DNA of 64,000 nucleotides, from the NCBI GenBank assembly GCA_016177405.1, contig JACOVG010000003.1, positions 32,050 through 96,049 on the forward strand. Reading direction: 5' to 3'. How positions within the stretch are numbered: position 1 is the stretch's first letter; each line of letters starts with the position of its first letter. The DNA is from Candidatus Omnitrophota bacterium. GTDB taxonomy: Bacteria; Omnitrophota; Gorgyraeia; 1-14-0-20-64-10. A model generated the notes under the pieces. The model was not told the DNA's origin. It saw nothing but the letters and a program-made list of their open reading frames with translations, and made no database searches. Both the position numbers and the translations under genes were made by a program. Positions 1 to 9,664 of the stretch are shown piece after piece.

Positions 1-1014
1 CGCGGAACCGAGATCCTGAAGAACTTTCTTTACAAGGTCTGCGGCTGTGAAGGGCGGTGGACCCCCGGCTCCTTCATCGACAGCGCCTGCGGCCAGATCC
101 GCGAAACCGTGAAGGGGGATCAGGTGATCCTGGGCCTGTCGGGCGGGGTGGATTCGTCGGTGGCGGCCCTGCTCCTGTTTAAGGCGATCGGCCCGCAGCT
201 CATTCCCATCTTCGTGGACACCGGCCTCTTGAGGAAGGGGGAGCGCGAGCAGGTGGTGAAGACCTTCAGGGATTCCTTCCGCATGGGCCTGACGGTGGTG
301 AACGCGCGGGACCGCTTCCTGAAGCGCCTGAAAGGGGTGACCGACCCCGAAGAGAAACGGCGCAGAATCGGCCGCCTCTTCGTGTCCTGTTTTGAGGAGG
401 AGGCCCGCAAGCATCCGAAGGCCAGGTTCCTGGCCCAGGGGACCCTCTATCCGGATGTGATCGAATCCCGATCGGCCCTGGGGGGGCCTTCGGCCACCAT
501 CAAGACCCACCACAACGTGGGCGGCCTGCCCAAGCGGATGAACCTGAAGCTCGTGGAGCCGCTTAGGTTCCTCTTCAAGGATGAGGTCCGGAGGATCGGC
601 AAGAGCCTGGGGCTCCCGGAGGAGATTCTGATGCGCCACCCCTTCCCGGGGCCGGGGCTGGCCGTCCGGATCTTGGGCGAGGTGACCCTGGAGCGGGTGA
701 AGCTTCTTCAGGAGGCCGACCAGCGCTTCATCGAGGAGCTCAAGGCCGGCGGCTGGTACCGCAAGGTGTGGCAGGCCTTCGCGGTCCTGCTGCCCCTGAA
801 GACGGTCGGGGTCATGGGGGACGAAAGAACCTATGAGCATGTGATCGCCTTGAGAGCGGTGGTGAGCCTGGATGGGATGACGGCCGACTGGGCCCGGCTG
901 CCCGCGGAGCTGGTGGAGCGGACGGCCAACCGCGTCGTGAACGAGGTGCGGGGAATCAACCGGGTGGTTTACGACGTCACGAGCAAGCCCCCCGGAACCA
1001 TCGAATGGGAATGA
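1..1014 (+). CDS. guaA: GMP synthase (glutamine-hydrolysing), C-terminal ATP-pyrophosphatase and dimerisation region; the 5' end lies upstream of the window
   Basis: Frame 1 is open from base 1 into ORF 109..1014. PP-loop motif [17 protein letters not shown] and the typical GMP synthase C-terminus ...[18 protein letters not shown] are present. Confidence 0.85.
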   Translation, partial: RGTEILKNFLYKVCGCEGRWTPGSFIDSACGQIRETVKGDQVILGLSGGVDSSVAALLLFKAIGPQLIPIFVDTGLLRKGEREQVVKTFRDSFRMGLTVVNARDRFLKRLKGVTDPEEKRRRIGRLFVSCFEEEARKHPKARFLAQGTLYPDVIESRSALGGPSATIKTHHNVGGLPKRMNLKLVEPLRFLFKDEVRRIGKSLGLPEEILMRHPFPGPGLAVRILGEVTLERVKLLQEADQRFIEELKAGGWYRKVWQAFAVLLPLKTVGVMGDERTYEHVIALRAVVSLDGMTADWARLPAELVERTANRVVNEVRGINRVVYDVTSKPPGTIEWE

Positions 1015-1044
1015 CGTTTTTAACACCATGGAGGTGCTGACAAA

Positions 1045-1299
1045 ATGACACACGGCGTGAGCTCGCTCTTGATCGCCGCGGCGGCCGGCTATTGGGTCTG
1101 GACGCAGGCGGGATCTCAAAAGGGGAATGCCAAGAAGCTTGGGCAGCTGCTCGGGGTCGCGATCATCGCGATCAGCCTCATCGGATCGGCCTGCAAGATT
1201 TACTACGTGGCGGCCGGCAAATCTTTTTCCGGCCGCCTTTGCCCGCCGGGAAAGGCCTGCCCGTTCGGGGTCAAACCGGAGGCCCAGGTCCAGAAGTAA
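1045..1299 (+). CDS. Small hypothetical membrane protein (84 aa, two hydrophobic helices, C-terminal CPPGKACPFG cysteine motif)
   Basis: ORF 1045..1299 is preceded by GGAGGTG about 9 nt upstream of the ATG and ends just before the true dnaE start. No recognisable family. Confidence 0.45.
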   Translation: MTHGVSSLLIAAAAGYWVWTQAGSQKGNAKKLGQLLGVAIIAISLIGSACKIYYVAAGKSFSGRLCPPGKACPFGVKPEAQVQK

Positions 1300-1313
1300 C
1301 TTTTCTGACCGCC

Positions 1314-4300
1314 ATGAAACACGCCGACTTCGTTCACCTTCACGTCCACAGCCAGTATTCCCTGCTGGACGGGGCCTGCCGGCTTGATGAGCTGGCCGAG
1401 GCGGCCAAGCGCCACCGGATGCCGGCGCTGGCCATCACCGATCACGGCAACCTCTTCGGGGCCATCGAGTTTTACGAGGCCTGCCTGAAGGCCGGGGTCA
1501 AGCCGATCATCGGGGTGGAGAGCTACATCGCCCCGGGCTCGCGCCTCACGAAGGAGGCCAAGGGGATTTCGGAGGCCTCGTATCACCTGATCCTCCTGGC
1601 CAAGAACGAAGTCGGCTACCGGAATTTGCTGAAGCTCGTCTCGGCGGCCTACACCGAGGGCTTCTACTACCGCCCCCGCATCGACAAGGAGCTTCTGGCC
1701 CGGCATTCCCAGGGGCTGATCGGTTTGTCGAGTTGTCTGCAGGGGGAGGTGAGCCATTGGATGAACCGGGGCGACCCCGCCAAGGCGATGAAGGCCGCCG
1801 ACGAGCTCTCGGTCCTGTTTCCCAAGGGAGATTTCTACCTGGAGATCCAGGATCACGGCATCGCGGACCAGCGCAAGATCATCCCGGGGATGCTGGATCT
1901 CGCCAAGAAACTGGACCTTCCGGTGGTCGCCACCAACGACCTGCATTATCTGGAGAAATCGCAGGCCCGGGCGCACGAGGCCCTCCTGTGCATCCAGACC
2001 CAGACCACCCTGGACGACCCCCAGCGCTTCCGGTTCGATACCGACGAGTTTTACTTCAAATCGCCCGAGGAGATGCAGGCCCTCTTCGCCGAGGTCCCGC
2101 AGGCCCTCCTGGCCACCCGGGAGATCGCCGAGAAGACCGACCTGAAGCTCACCTTCAACCGGCTGCACCTGCCGCAGTTCAACCCGCCCGAGGGCAAGGG
2201 CCAGGAGGTTTACCTGAAGGAGCTGGTGGAGGAGGGGTTCCAGAGGCGCTACCCGGAGGCCGCCCCCGAAGTCCGCCAGCGCCTCGCGCACGAGCTTTCC
2301 ATCATCGTGAAGACCGGCTTCACCAGCTACTTCCTGATCACCTGGGATGTGGTCCGTTACGCCAAGTCCAAGCGGATTCCGGTGGGGCCGGGCAGGGGTT
2401 CGGCCGCCGGCTCGGTGGTGAGCTACTGCCTGGGGATCACCGACCTGGACCCGATGGAGCACGACCTGATCTTCGAGCGCTTCCTCAATCCGGAGCGGCT
2501 CTCCATGCCGGACATCGACATCGACTTCTGCTACGAGCGAAGGCCCGAGGTGATCGATTACGTCGTCTCCCGGTACGGCAAGGGCAACGTGGCCCAGGTG
2601 ATCACCTTCGGGACGATGCAGGCCAAGGCGGTGGTTCGGGACGTGGCCCGCGCGATGGGCTTCAGCTATCCCGAGGCCGACCGGATCGCCAAGCTCATTC
2701 CCTTCGATCTGAACATGACGCTCAAGAAGGCCCTGGAGATGACCCCGGAGCTTGCCGGCCTCCACCGGTCGGACCCGAGGGTGAGGCAGCTCATCGAAAC
2801 CTCGTTCGTCCTGGAGGGCCTCACCCGGCACGCCTCCACCCATGCCGCCGGGGTGGTGATCGCCGACGGCGATCTGACCGACTACGTGCCCCTCTTCAAG
2901 ACGGGCGACGATCAGATCTCGACCGGCTACGCGATGGAGGCGCTGGAGAAGATCGGCCTTCTTAAAATGGATTTCCTGGGGCTTCGCAACCTCACGGTCA
3001 TCGAGGAGGCGATCCACCTGATCCGGGAGATCCAGGGGGTTCAGGTGGAGATCGAACGCCTCCCCCTGGACGACGCCAAGACCTACCACCTTCTTTGCCA
3101 GGCGGAGTCGACCGGCGTTTTCCAGCTGGAGTCGGGCGGGATGCGGGATCTCCTGCGGCGGCTCAAGCCCGGCCGGCTGCAGGATCTCACGGCCTTGCTT
3201 GCCCTTTTCCGGCCGGGCCCCATCGGCTCGGGGATGGTGGACGATTTCATCCGCCGAAAGAACGGCCAGCTGCAGGTGACCTACGACCATCCGGCCCTGG
3301 AGCCGATCCTCAAGGACACCTACGGGACCCTGGTCTTTCAGGAGCAGGTGATGCGGATCGCCCACGATCTGGCCGGCTTCACGCTGGCCCAGGCCGACCA
3401 CCTGCGCCGGGCCATGGGCAAGAAGATCCCCGAGGACATGGAGAAGATCCGCCAGGGGTTCCTCGCCGGCTGCCTCCAGCGGGGGGTGAGCCACCTGCTG
3501 GCGGAGAAGATCTTCGACAAGATCGTCTATTTTGCCGGGTACGCCTTCAACCGGGCCCACTCGGCCGCCTATGCCCTCATCTCTTACCGGACGGCCTACC
3601 TGAAGGCCCATTATCCCGTGGAGTACATGACAGCCCTCCTGACCAGCGAGCGGGACAACACCGACAAGATCGCCGAGTATGTGGAAGAGACCCGGCGGAT
3701 GGCCATCACGATCCTGCCGCCGGACGTCAACAAAAGCTTCGCCCGCTTCACCGTGGAGGGGGGGGCGATCCGTTACGGACTGCTGGGGGTGAAGAACATC
3801 GGCGAGGGGGCGATCGAGTCGATCGTTCAGGCCCGCCAGAAGCACGGTCCCTTGGAGGACCTCGTCTCGCTGTGCGAGTCGGTGGACACCCGCCTGGTCA
3901 ACCGCAAGGTGCTCGAGTCTCTCATCAAGTGCGGGGCCCTGGACGGCTTCAAGCTCCACCGCTCCCAGCTTTTAGCGGTCCTGGACCGGGTGATGGAGAT
4001 GGGCGCGGAGCGTCAAAAGGAGAGGGCCGGAGGACAGCTTTCCTTCTTCGAGGTTTTCGGGGGTTCGGGAGAGAGCCGGAGCCAGGCGCTGGAGATTCCG
4101 AATCTTCCGGAGTGGCCCAGCGAGCAGCTGCTGGCCTTTGAGAAGGGATTGCTGGGCTTCTACCTGACCGGGCATCCCCTCTCCCGGTTCAGGCCGCTGT
4201 TGTCGCTGCTGGCCCCGGTCACCACGGGAAAGCTCCGCGCCCTGATGGACGGCAGCGAGGTGACCCTGGGGGGCATGATCACGCGCCTGAAGGTGACCAC

Positions 4301-4757
4301 CACCAAAAGGGGCAACGAGCGGATGGCCATTGTCTGGCTGGAGGATTTTGAGGGGACGACCGAAGGGCTGATCTTTCCCAAGGTGCTGCCGCTGGTGGAG
4401 CAGGCCTTGAGGGTGGACACGGCCGTCTTGGCCAGCGGCCGGGTTTCCCTTCGCGAGGAAAAACCCAAATTGCTGGTGTCGGATCTTGTTTTTCTGGAGG
4501 AGGCCTGGAAAAAGAAGATTCAGGGCTTGAAGATTCGCCTGAAGTCCGATCTGGCTCGTCCGACGGTGGAGAGCCTCAAGAAGATGCTGGCCGACCACCC
4601 CGGCGAGGTTCCGGTGGAGCTTTCGGTCGGCAACGGCGGTTCGGGGGGGGTTCGGATCGCGGTGGGCAGCGCCCTGCGGGTCTCGGCCTCGGCGGAGCTG
4701 TTGACCACGCTCGTGGAGCTCCTGGGTCCGGAGGCGATCGCAGTTCGTAAGGTATAA
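1314..4757 (+). CDS. dnaE: DNA polymerase III alpha subunit
   Basis: PHP domain N-terminus MKHADFVHLHVHSQYSLLDGA, polymerase core, OB-fold tail. The track ORF starts at 1092 in the same frame, but the family N-terminus and the upstream small gene place the start at ATG 1314. Confidence 0.95.
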   Translation: MKHADFVHLHVHSQYSLLDGACRLDELAEAAKRHRMPALAITDHGNLFGAIEFYEACLKAGVKPIIGVESYIAPGSRLTKEAKGISEASYHLILLAKNEVGYRNLLKLVSAAYTEGFYYRPRIDKELLARHSQGLIGLSSCLQGEVSHWMNRGDPAKAMKAADELSVLFPKGDFYLEIQDHGIADQRKIIPGMLDLAKKLDLPVVATNDLHYLEKSQARAHEALLCIQTQTTLDDPQRFRFDTDEFYFKSPEEMQALFAEVPQALLATREIAEKTDLKLTFNRLHLPQFNPPEGKGQEVYLKELVEEGFQRRYPEAAPEVRQRLAHELSIIVKTGFTSYFLITWDVVRYAKSKRIPVGPGRGSAAGSVVSYCLGITDLDPMEHDLIFERFLNPERLSMPDIDIDFCYERRPEVIDYVVSRYGKGNVAQVITFGTMQAKAVVRDVARAMGFSYPEADRIAKLIPFDLNMTLKKALEMTPELAGLHRSDPRVRQLIETSFVLEGLTRHASTHAAGVVIADGDLTDYVPLFKTGDDQISTGYAMEALEKIGLLKMDFLGLRNLTVIEEAIHLIREIQGVQVEIERLPLDDAKTYHLLCQAESTGVFQLESGGMRDLLRRLKPGRLQDLTALLALFRPGPIGSGMVDDFIRRKNGQLQVTYDHPALEPILKDTYGTLVFQEQVMRIAHDLAGFTLAQADHLRRAMGKKIPEDMEKIRQGFLAGCLQRGVSHLLAEKIFDKIVYFAGYAFNRAHSAAYALISYRTAYLKAHYPVEYMTALLTSERDNTDKIAEYVEETRRMAITILPPDVNKSFARFTVEGGAIRYGLLGVKNIGEGAIESIVQARQKHGPLEDLVSLCESVDTRLVNRKVLESLIKCGALDGFKLHRSQLLAVLDRVMEMGAERQKERAGGQLSFFEVFGGSGESRSQALEIPNLPEWPSEQLLAFEKGLLGFYLTGHPLSRFRPLLSLLAPVTTGKLRALMDGSEVTLGGMITRLKVTTTKRGNERMAIVWLEDFEGTTEGLIFPKVLPLVEQALRVDTAVLASGRVSLREEKPKLLVSDLVFLEEAWKKKIQGLKIRLKSDLARPTVESLKKMLADHPGEVPVELSVGNGGSGGVRIAVGSALRVSASAELLTTLVELLGPEAIAVRKV

Positions 4758-4792
4758 TGACGGTTTAGTCAGCGGGAGGCCCGACGATAACG

Positions 4793-5065
4793 ATGACGAA
4801 AAAGGACATCGTGCTCAAGGTGTCAGAGGCGACCGGATTGAAGCAGTTGGATGTCAAAAGGGTCGTCCAGAAAAGTTTGGATACCCTGGTGGCCGCTTTG
4901 GCCAAGGGTGAAACGGTGGAGCTTCGGAATTTCGGCATCTTCAAGGTGAAGTCGCGCAAGGGGCGCACGGGCCGCAACCCCCGCACCGGCGAGAAGGTTC
5001 CGGTGCCGCCCAAGCGGGTGGTTGTCTTCAAGCCGGGCCTCATCATGAAGCGGGACATCCGCTGA
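4793..5065 (+). CDS. hup: HU/IHF family nucleoid-associated DNA-binding protein
   Basis: 90 aa; MTKKDIV...GFGIFKVKSRKGRTGRNPRTGEKVPVPPKRVVVFKPG arm motif; GGGAGG RBS upstream. Confidence 0.9.
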   Translation: MTKKDIVLKVSEATGLKQLDVKRVVQKSLDTLVAALAKGETVELRNFGIFKVKSRKGRTGRNPRTGEKVPVPPKRVVVFKPGLIMKRDIR

Positions 5066-5083
5066 ACTTAGGCTGATCCTCCG

Positions 5084-6355
5084 CTGAAACCCCTTCAAGC
5101 GCTCGGGGGAACGAGCGACATCTTCCCCGAAGAATCATCCCGCTGGCAGGCGGTGGAGTCCCGGGCCCGTCAGGTTCTGGAGCTCTACGGCTACCAGGAG
5201 GTGCGGACCCCCCTGATCGAAGACTCCGCGGTCTTCACCCGGTCTCTCGGGTCGGCCGAGGAGATCGTCACCAAGCAGATGTACCTCTTTCAGGACCGGG
5301 GAGGGCGGGAGGTGGCGCTGCGGCCGGAAGGAACCGCCTCGGTGGTCCGGGCCCTGATCGAGAGGGGGCTGGATAAGACGGGCGGCTTGACCCGCCTGTA
5401 TTACCTGGGCCCCATGTTCCGGGCCGAAAGGCCGCAGGCCGGCCGCCGGCGGCAGTTCCACCAGCTGGGGGTGGAGGTCTTCGGCTCGGCCAGCCCCTAT
5501 CAGGACGCGGAGGTCCTGGCGCTGTTGACGCGGCTGCTCCGGGAGGCGGGGGCGGGCGCGGCCGTCTTGAAGATCAACAACATCGGCTGCCGGCAGGACC
5601 GGCCCGAGATGGTCAAGAGGCTGAAGGAATATTTCAAGGGGCATCTCGACCACCTGTGCCAGGAGTGCAAGCTTCGGCTGGAGAAGAATCCCCTGCGGAT
5701 CTTCGACTGCAAGCAGGAAAGGTGCCGTTCCATAGCCCACGAGAGCAACAAGCCTTCCCAGTGGGCGTGCGGCGGCTGCCGGGAGCATTTTGACAAGGCG
5801 CGCCAGGCGCTGGATCTCTTGGGGATCCCTTACGAGGTGGACCACCAGATCGTCCGCGGCCTGGACTATTACACGAGGACGGTCTTTGAGGCGGTTCACG
5901 AGGGCCTAGGCGCCCAGAACGCCATCGGCGCCGGAGGCCGGTACGATGATCTGGTTGGCCAGATGGGCGGGGAGCCGGTGCCGGCCGTCGGATTCGCCCT
6001 GGGGCTGGAGAGGATCCTGATGGCCCAGGAACAGGAAGCCAAGGTTTCCGTCTCCTCGGCCAAGAGGCCCCAGGTTTTTGTGGCGACGGTGAGCCCGGCC
6101 GAGATTCCAAAGGGGCTGGCCCTGGCCGAGGCCTTGAGAGAAAAGGGAATCGCCTGCGTCAACAATGTGGACGACCGGCCGCTGAAGCGCCAGCTCGAGC
6201 AGGCCGAAAAGTGGGGCTGCGTACTGGTGGCCATTCAGGGGGAGGCCGAAAGATCCAAGAAGGTGGTGACCGTCAAGCAGATGGCCGCCCGCGCCCAAAC
6301 GGAAGTCCCGGAGGATCAATGGGTGGAGAAGGTGAAGGAGCTTCTGGCGGGATGA
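5084..6355 (+). CDS. hisS: Histidyl-tRNA synthetase (class II); apparent non-ATG (CTG) start
   Basis: ORF 5153..6355 aligns to HisRS from an internal Met. The frame is open back to the TAG at 5069..5071 and encodes LKPLQALGGTSDIFPEESSRW, the conserved HisRS N-terminus (compare E. coli [18 protein letters not shown]). The only plausible initiator is CTG at 5084. Confidence 0.85.
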   Translation: MKPLQALGGTSDIFPEESSRWQAVESRARQVLELYGYQEVRTPLIEDSAVFTRSLGSAEEIVTKQMYLFQDRGGREVALRPEGTASVVRALIERGLDKTGGLTRLYYLGPMFRAERPQAGRRRQFHQLGVEVFGSASPYQDAEVLALLTRLLREAGAGAAVLKINNIGCRQDRPEMVKRLKEYFKGHLDHLCQECKLRLEKNPLRIFDCKQERCRSIAHESNKPSQWACGGCREHFDKARQALDLLGIPYEVDHQIVRGLDYYTRTVFEAVHEGLGAQNAIGAGGRYDDLVGQMGGEPVPAVGFALGLERILMAQEQEAKVSVSSAKRPQVFVATVSPAEIPKGLALAEALREKGIACVNNVDDRPLKRQLEQAEKWGCVLVAIQGEAERSKKVVTVKQMAARAQTEVPEDQWVEKVKELLAG

Positions 6356-8112
6356 GAACGCACACCTGCGGTTCGTTGACCGAGAAAGAGGCCAACCGCG
6401 CGGTTCGCCTGTGCGGCTGGGTCCACCGGCGGCGCGACCACGGCGGGCTCATCTTCATCGATTTGAGGGACCGCTACGGGTTGACCCAGGTGGTCTTTCA
6501 TCCGGACCCCGACCCCGAGCTTCACACACGGGCCAAGGAGCTTAGGCCGGAGTTCTGCGTCGCCGTCGAGGGGACCGTCCTTCCGCGCCCGGAGGGAACC
6601 GAGAATCCGAAGCTGGCCACCGGGGCCATCGAGGTGAGGGTGTCGAAGCTGACGGTGCTCAACCCCGCCGACACGGCCCCCTTCGAGATCGCCGAAGAGG
6701 GAGATCTTTCGGAGGAGCTCCGGTACACCTACCGGTACCTGGACCTGCGCCGGGAATCCAGCTTGAAGCGGATGATCCTGCGCCACCGGGTGATCCAGGT
6801 GATGCGGCGGCTGCTGGATTCGGAGGGCTTCATCGAGGTGGAGACGCCCATCCTCACCAAATCCACCCCGGAGGGGGCGCGGGATTATCTGGTCCCCAGC
6901 CGCCTCAACCCCGGCTCCTTTTACGCCCTGCCGCAGTCGCCCCAGCTTTTCAAACAGCTTCTCATGGTGGCCGGCTTTGACCGCTACTACCAGATCGCCC
7001 GCTGCTTCAGGGACGAGGATCTCCGGGCCGACCGCCAGCCGGAGTTCACCCAGCTGGATCTGGAGATGTCCTTTGTGGACGAGGAGGCGGTCTTCTCGAT
7101 CACCGAAAGGATCTTCGAAGCGGTCTGGAGCCAGGTGGTCCAGCGCCCCCTGACGGCGCCCTTTCCAAGGATCTCCTACCGCCAGGCGATGGAGCGCTTC
7201 GGCACCGACAAGCCGGATCTCCGCTTTTCCATGGAGCTGACCGATGGGACCGATCTCTTTCGCGAGACCTCTTTCGAAAGGTTCCGGAAGACGCTCGATG
7301 AGGGCGGTGTGGTGAAATGGCTGCTGGCGCCGGGGGCGGGCGCCGCCCTAAGCGGCAAGGGGGTGGATCAGCTGACCGAGATCGCCAAGGCGAACGGGGC
7401 CGCCGGTCTGGTGACGGTCCGGATCACCCCGGAGGGTTTGGTTTGCCCGATGACCAAACATTTGGGCGAGGCGATCCTGAAGAAAGCGGTCGCGCGGGCC
7501 CAGGGCAAGACGGGGGATCTCCTGTTGCTGGTGGCCGGTCCCCCGGAGACCTCGCTGGCGAGCCTGGGCGCCTTGCGCTGTCATCTGGGCCGCGAGCTTC
7601 ACCTGATCCCCGAGGACGAGTTTGCCTTTGTCTGGGTCGTCGATTTCCCCCTCTTCCATTTCAACCCGGATCAGAAGCGCTGGGAATCGGAACACCATCC
7701 CTTCACGGCGCCCCGGCAGGAGGATCTGCCGCACCTGGCCTCGGACCCTGGGAAGGTGAGGGCGCGCTCTTACGATCTGGTGGTCAACGGCAATGAGCTG
7801 GGCTCCGGCTCCATCCGGATTCACCGCCGTGAGGTTCAGGAGAAGATCTTTGAGATTCTGGGAATGTCGGCCGCCGAGGCGCAGAGCCGTTTCGGCTTCC
7901 TGCTCACGGCCTTCCGCTTCGGAGCCCCGCCCCACGGGGGGATCGCTCCGGGGATAGACCGGCTGATCGCCCTGATCACCGGAAGCGCCTCCATCCGGGA
8001 GGTGATCGCTTTTCCGAAGACCCAGAAGGGGGTGGACCTGATGACCGGCGCCCCGGCCGAGGTGACGGAAGCCCAATTGAAGGAAGTTGGGATTGGCTTG
8101 AAGAGAAGATAA
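6352..8112 (+). CDS. aspS: Aspartyl-tRNA synthetase
   Basis: N-terminal OB anticodon-binding domain MRTHTCGSLTEKEANRAVRLCGWVHRRRDHGGLIFIDLRDRYG; class II motifs; GAPPHGGIAPGIDRL. ATG 6352 overlaps the hisS stop (ATGA). Confidence 0.95.
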   Translation: MRTHTCGSLTEKEANRAVRLCGWVHRRRDHGGLIFIDLRDRYGLTQVVFHPDPDPELHTRAKELRPEFCVAVEGTVLPRPEGTENPKLATGAIEVRVSKLTVLNPADTAPFEIAEEGDLSEELRYTYRYLDLRRESSLKRMILRHRVIQVMRRLLDSEGFIEVETPILTKSTPEGARDYLVPSRLNPGSFYALPQSPQLFKQLLMVAGFDRYYQIARCFRDEDLRADRQPEFTQLDLEMSFVDEEAVFSITERIFEAVWSQVVQRPLTAPFPRISYRQAMERFGTDKPDLRFSMELTDGTDLFRETSFERFRKTLDEGGVVKWLLAPGAGAALSGKGVDQLTEIAKANGAAGLVTVRITPEGLVCPMTKHLGEAILKKAVARAQGKTGDLLLLVAGPPETSLASLGALRCHLGRELHLIPEDEFAFVWVVDFPLFHFNPDQKRWESEHHPFTAPRQEDLPHLASDPGKVRARSYDLVVNGNELGSGSIRIHRREVQEKIFEILGMSAAEAQSRFGFLLTAFRFGAPPHGGIAPGIDRLIALITGSASIREVIAFPKTQKGVDLMTGAPAEVTEAQLKEVGIGLKRR

Positions 8113-8124
8113 ACCAAGAAGGAG

Positions 8125-8709
8125 ATGAAGATGAAACCGGTTGCTTGGAGACTGTTGACGATTCCTGTAATCCTTTCGCTCGCGGGATGCGCCCGAATCA
8201 CCTCGCAGGTGGTGGATAAGGAGCGGGTGGATCAGGAGATGGATGGGAACCGCGGTTACCTCATGGGGAAGCCCTCGGCGCCGGCGGCCCCCCGAAAGAC
8301 CAAGCGCCGGATGATCCAGACCGACATCGAGCTTCCGACGGCCAGAGAGCTTAACCCTTGGCGGGTGAGCCAGGCCCCGGCCGCGCCGGCGCCCGCCGTC
8401 CCGCCGGCCGCCCCCCTGCCCGTGGAGGACGAAGAGATCCTGGGCGAGGATTGGGAAGAGCCGGCCGTGGAGGAGGTTCAGGCGCCCGCGCCGGCCCAGC
8501 CCGCCGAGGCGGCGGTGCCCTACACCGTTGCCAAGGGAGACACCCTGGAGAAGATCGCCGCCAAATTCTACGGCGACTCCAAGAAATGGCGCAGGATCTA
8601 TGACGCCAACCGGGACACCCTCAAGGGCCCCAACCGGATTTACCCCGGACAGAAGCTCATGATTCCCGCCGACGAAAAGGGCCCGGTTTCCTCCGGAGAC
8701 CTCAAGTAG
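8125..8709 (+). CDS. LysM-domain lipoprotein (Ala/Pro-rich linker, C-terminal LysM)
   Basis: Lipobox LSLAGC after signal peptide; C-terminal YTVAKGDTLEKIAAKFYGDSKKWRRIYDANRDTLKGPNRIYPGQKLMIP is a LysM fold; AAGGAG RBS. Confidence 0.75.
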   Translation: MKMKPVAWRLLTIPVILSLAGCARITSQVVDKERVDQEMDGNRGYLMGKPSAPAAPRKTKRRMIQTDIELPTARELNPWRVSQAPAAPAPAVPPAAPLPVEDEEILGEDWEEPAVEEVQAPAPAQPAEAAVPYTVAKGDTLEKIAAKFYGDSKKWRRIYDANRDTLKGPNRIYPGQKLMIPADEKGPVSSGDLK

Positions 8710-8710
8710 G

Positions 8711-9664
8711 ATGGAGAAGGTTTTCCATCTGCTCTCGGACCACGAGGCGGTGACCCTCTTCGGGCTGCACGATGAGCACCTGAAGCTCCTGGAGGCCGGC
8801 TTCGGGGTTCAGGTGATGGCCCGGGGAAACCAGCTGACCATTTCCGGGCCGGATGGCGCTGTCACCAAGGTTTCGCGCCTTGTGGAACAGCTCCTCGAGG
8901 TCATCCGCTCGGGGCGGCACCTTCAGCGCCACGAGGTGGTCTACGCCATCCGGGCGGCGGAATCGGGCTCGGCGGCGGACCTGAAACCGATTTACATGGA
9001 TCGGATTGAGGTGCTCTCCAAGAGGCAGTTCGTCAGCCCCAGAACGAGCGGGCAGAAGGCCTACGTGGACGCGATCCGGCGCTACGACATCGTCTTCGCC
9101 ATCGGTCCGGCCGGCACCGGAAAGTCTTACCTGGCCATGGCCATGGCGGTGGACGCCTTGAAGAAACAGGAGGTCTCCCGGATCATTCTCACCCGGCCGG
9201 CGGTGGAGGCCGGCGAATCGCTGGGCTTCCTGCCGGGCACCTTCGAGGAGAAGGTCGCCCCCTATCTGCGGCCCCTCTACGACGCGCTGTACGACATGAT
9301 GGATCCCGACCGGATCGGCCGCTCCATGGAGCGGGGAATCCTGGAGGTGGCTCCCTTGGCCTACATGCGGGGCCGCACCCTGAACGATTCCTTTGTCATC
9401 CTGGACGAGGCCCAGAACTGCACCCCGGAGCAGATGAAGATGTTCCTGACGCGCCTGGGCTTTGACTCCAAGGCGGTCATCACCGGGGACATCACGCAGT
9501 CGGACCTGCCGACAGGGAAGATCTCCGGCTTGGAGCATGCCCGCGGCGCTTTGAGCAAGATCGAGGGGATCGGTTTCGTCGAGTTCCAACCCAGCGACGT
9601 GGTCCGGCATGAGCTGGTCCAGAAGATCCTCCTGGCCTACGATAATGCCAACGGAAAACCTTAA
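8711..9664 (+). CDS. phoH: PhoH-like ATPase
   Basis: Walker [17 protein letters not shown] and PhoH family conservation throughout. Confidence 0.9.
   Translation: MEKVFHLLSDHEAVTLFGLHDEHLKLLEAGFGVQVMARGNQLTISGPDGAVTKVSRLVEQLLEVIRSGRHLQRHEVVYAIRAAESGSAADLKPIYMDRIEVLSKRQFVSPRTSGQKAYVDAIRRYDIVFAIGPAGTGKSYLAMAMAVDALKKQEVSRIILTRPAVEAGESLGFLPGTFEEKVAPYLRPLYDALYDMMDPDRIGRSMERGILEVAPLAYMRGRTLNDSFVILDEAQNCTPEQMKMFLTRLGFDSKAVITGDITQSDLPTGKISGLEHARGALSKIEGIGFVEFQPSDVVRHELVQKILLAYDNANGKP

Noticed and set aside
1092-1313. Upstream in-frame extensions of real genes in the ORF track (dnaE from 1092, aspS from 6211, recO from 12442, dnaG from 25914, murD from 39349, murG from 41573, ileS from 50255, rluD from 55044, rsmH from 32909)
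   Set aside because: The extensions overlap the preceding gene and translate to non-conserved, low-complexity sequence. Family N-termini and ATGA/GTGA stop-start overlaps place the true starts downstream.
1203-3959. 918-aa minus-strand ORF antisense to dnaE (and 1733..2965 and 3095..4141 + strand alternate-frame ORFs rich in R/G/P)
   Set aside because: High GC suppresses stop codons in non-coding frames. The translations are low-complexity Arg/Gly/Pro/His-rich with no family resemblance, while the sense frame is an unmistakable DnaE.
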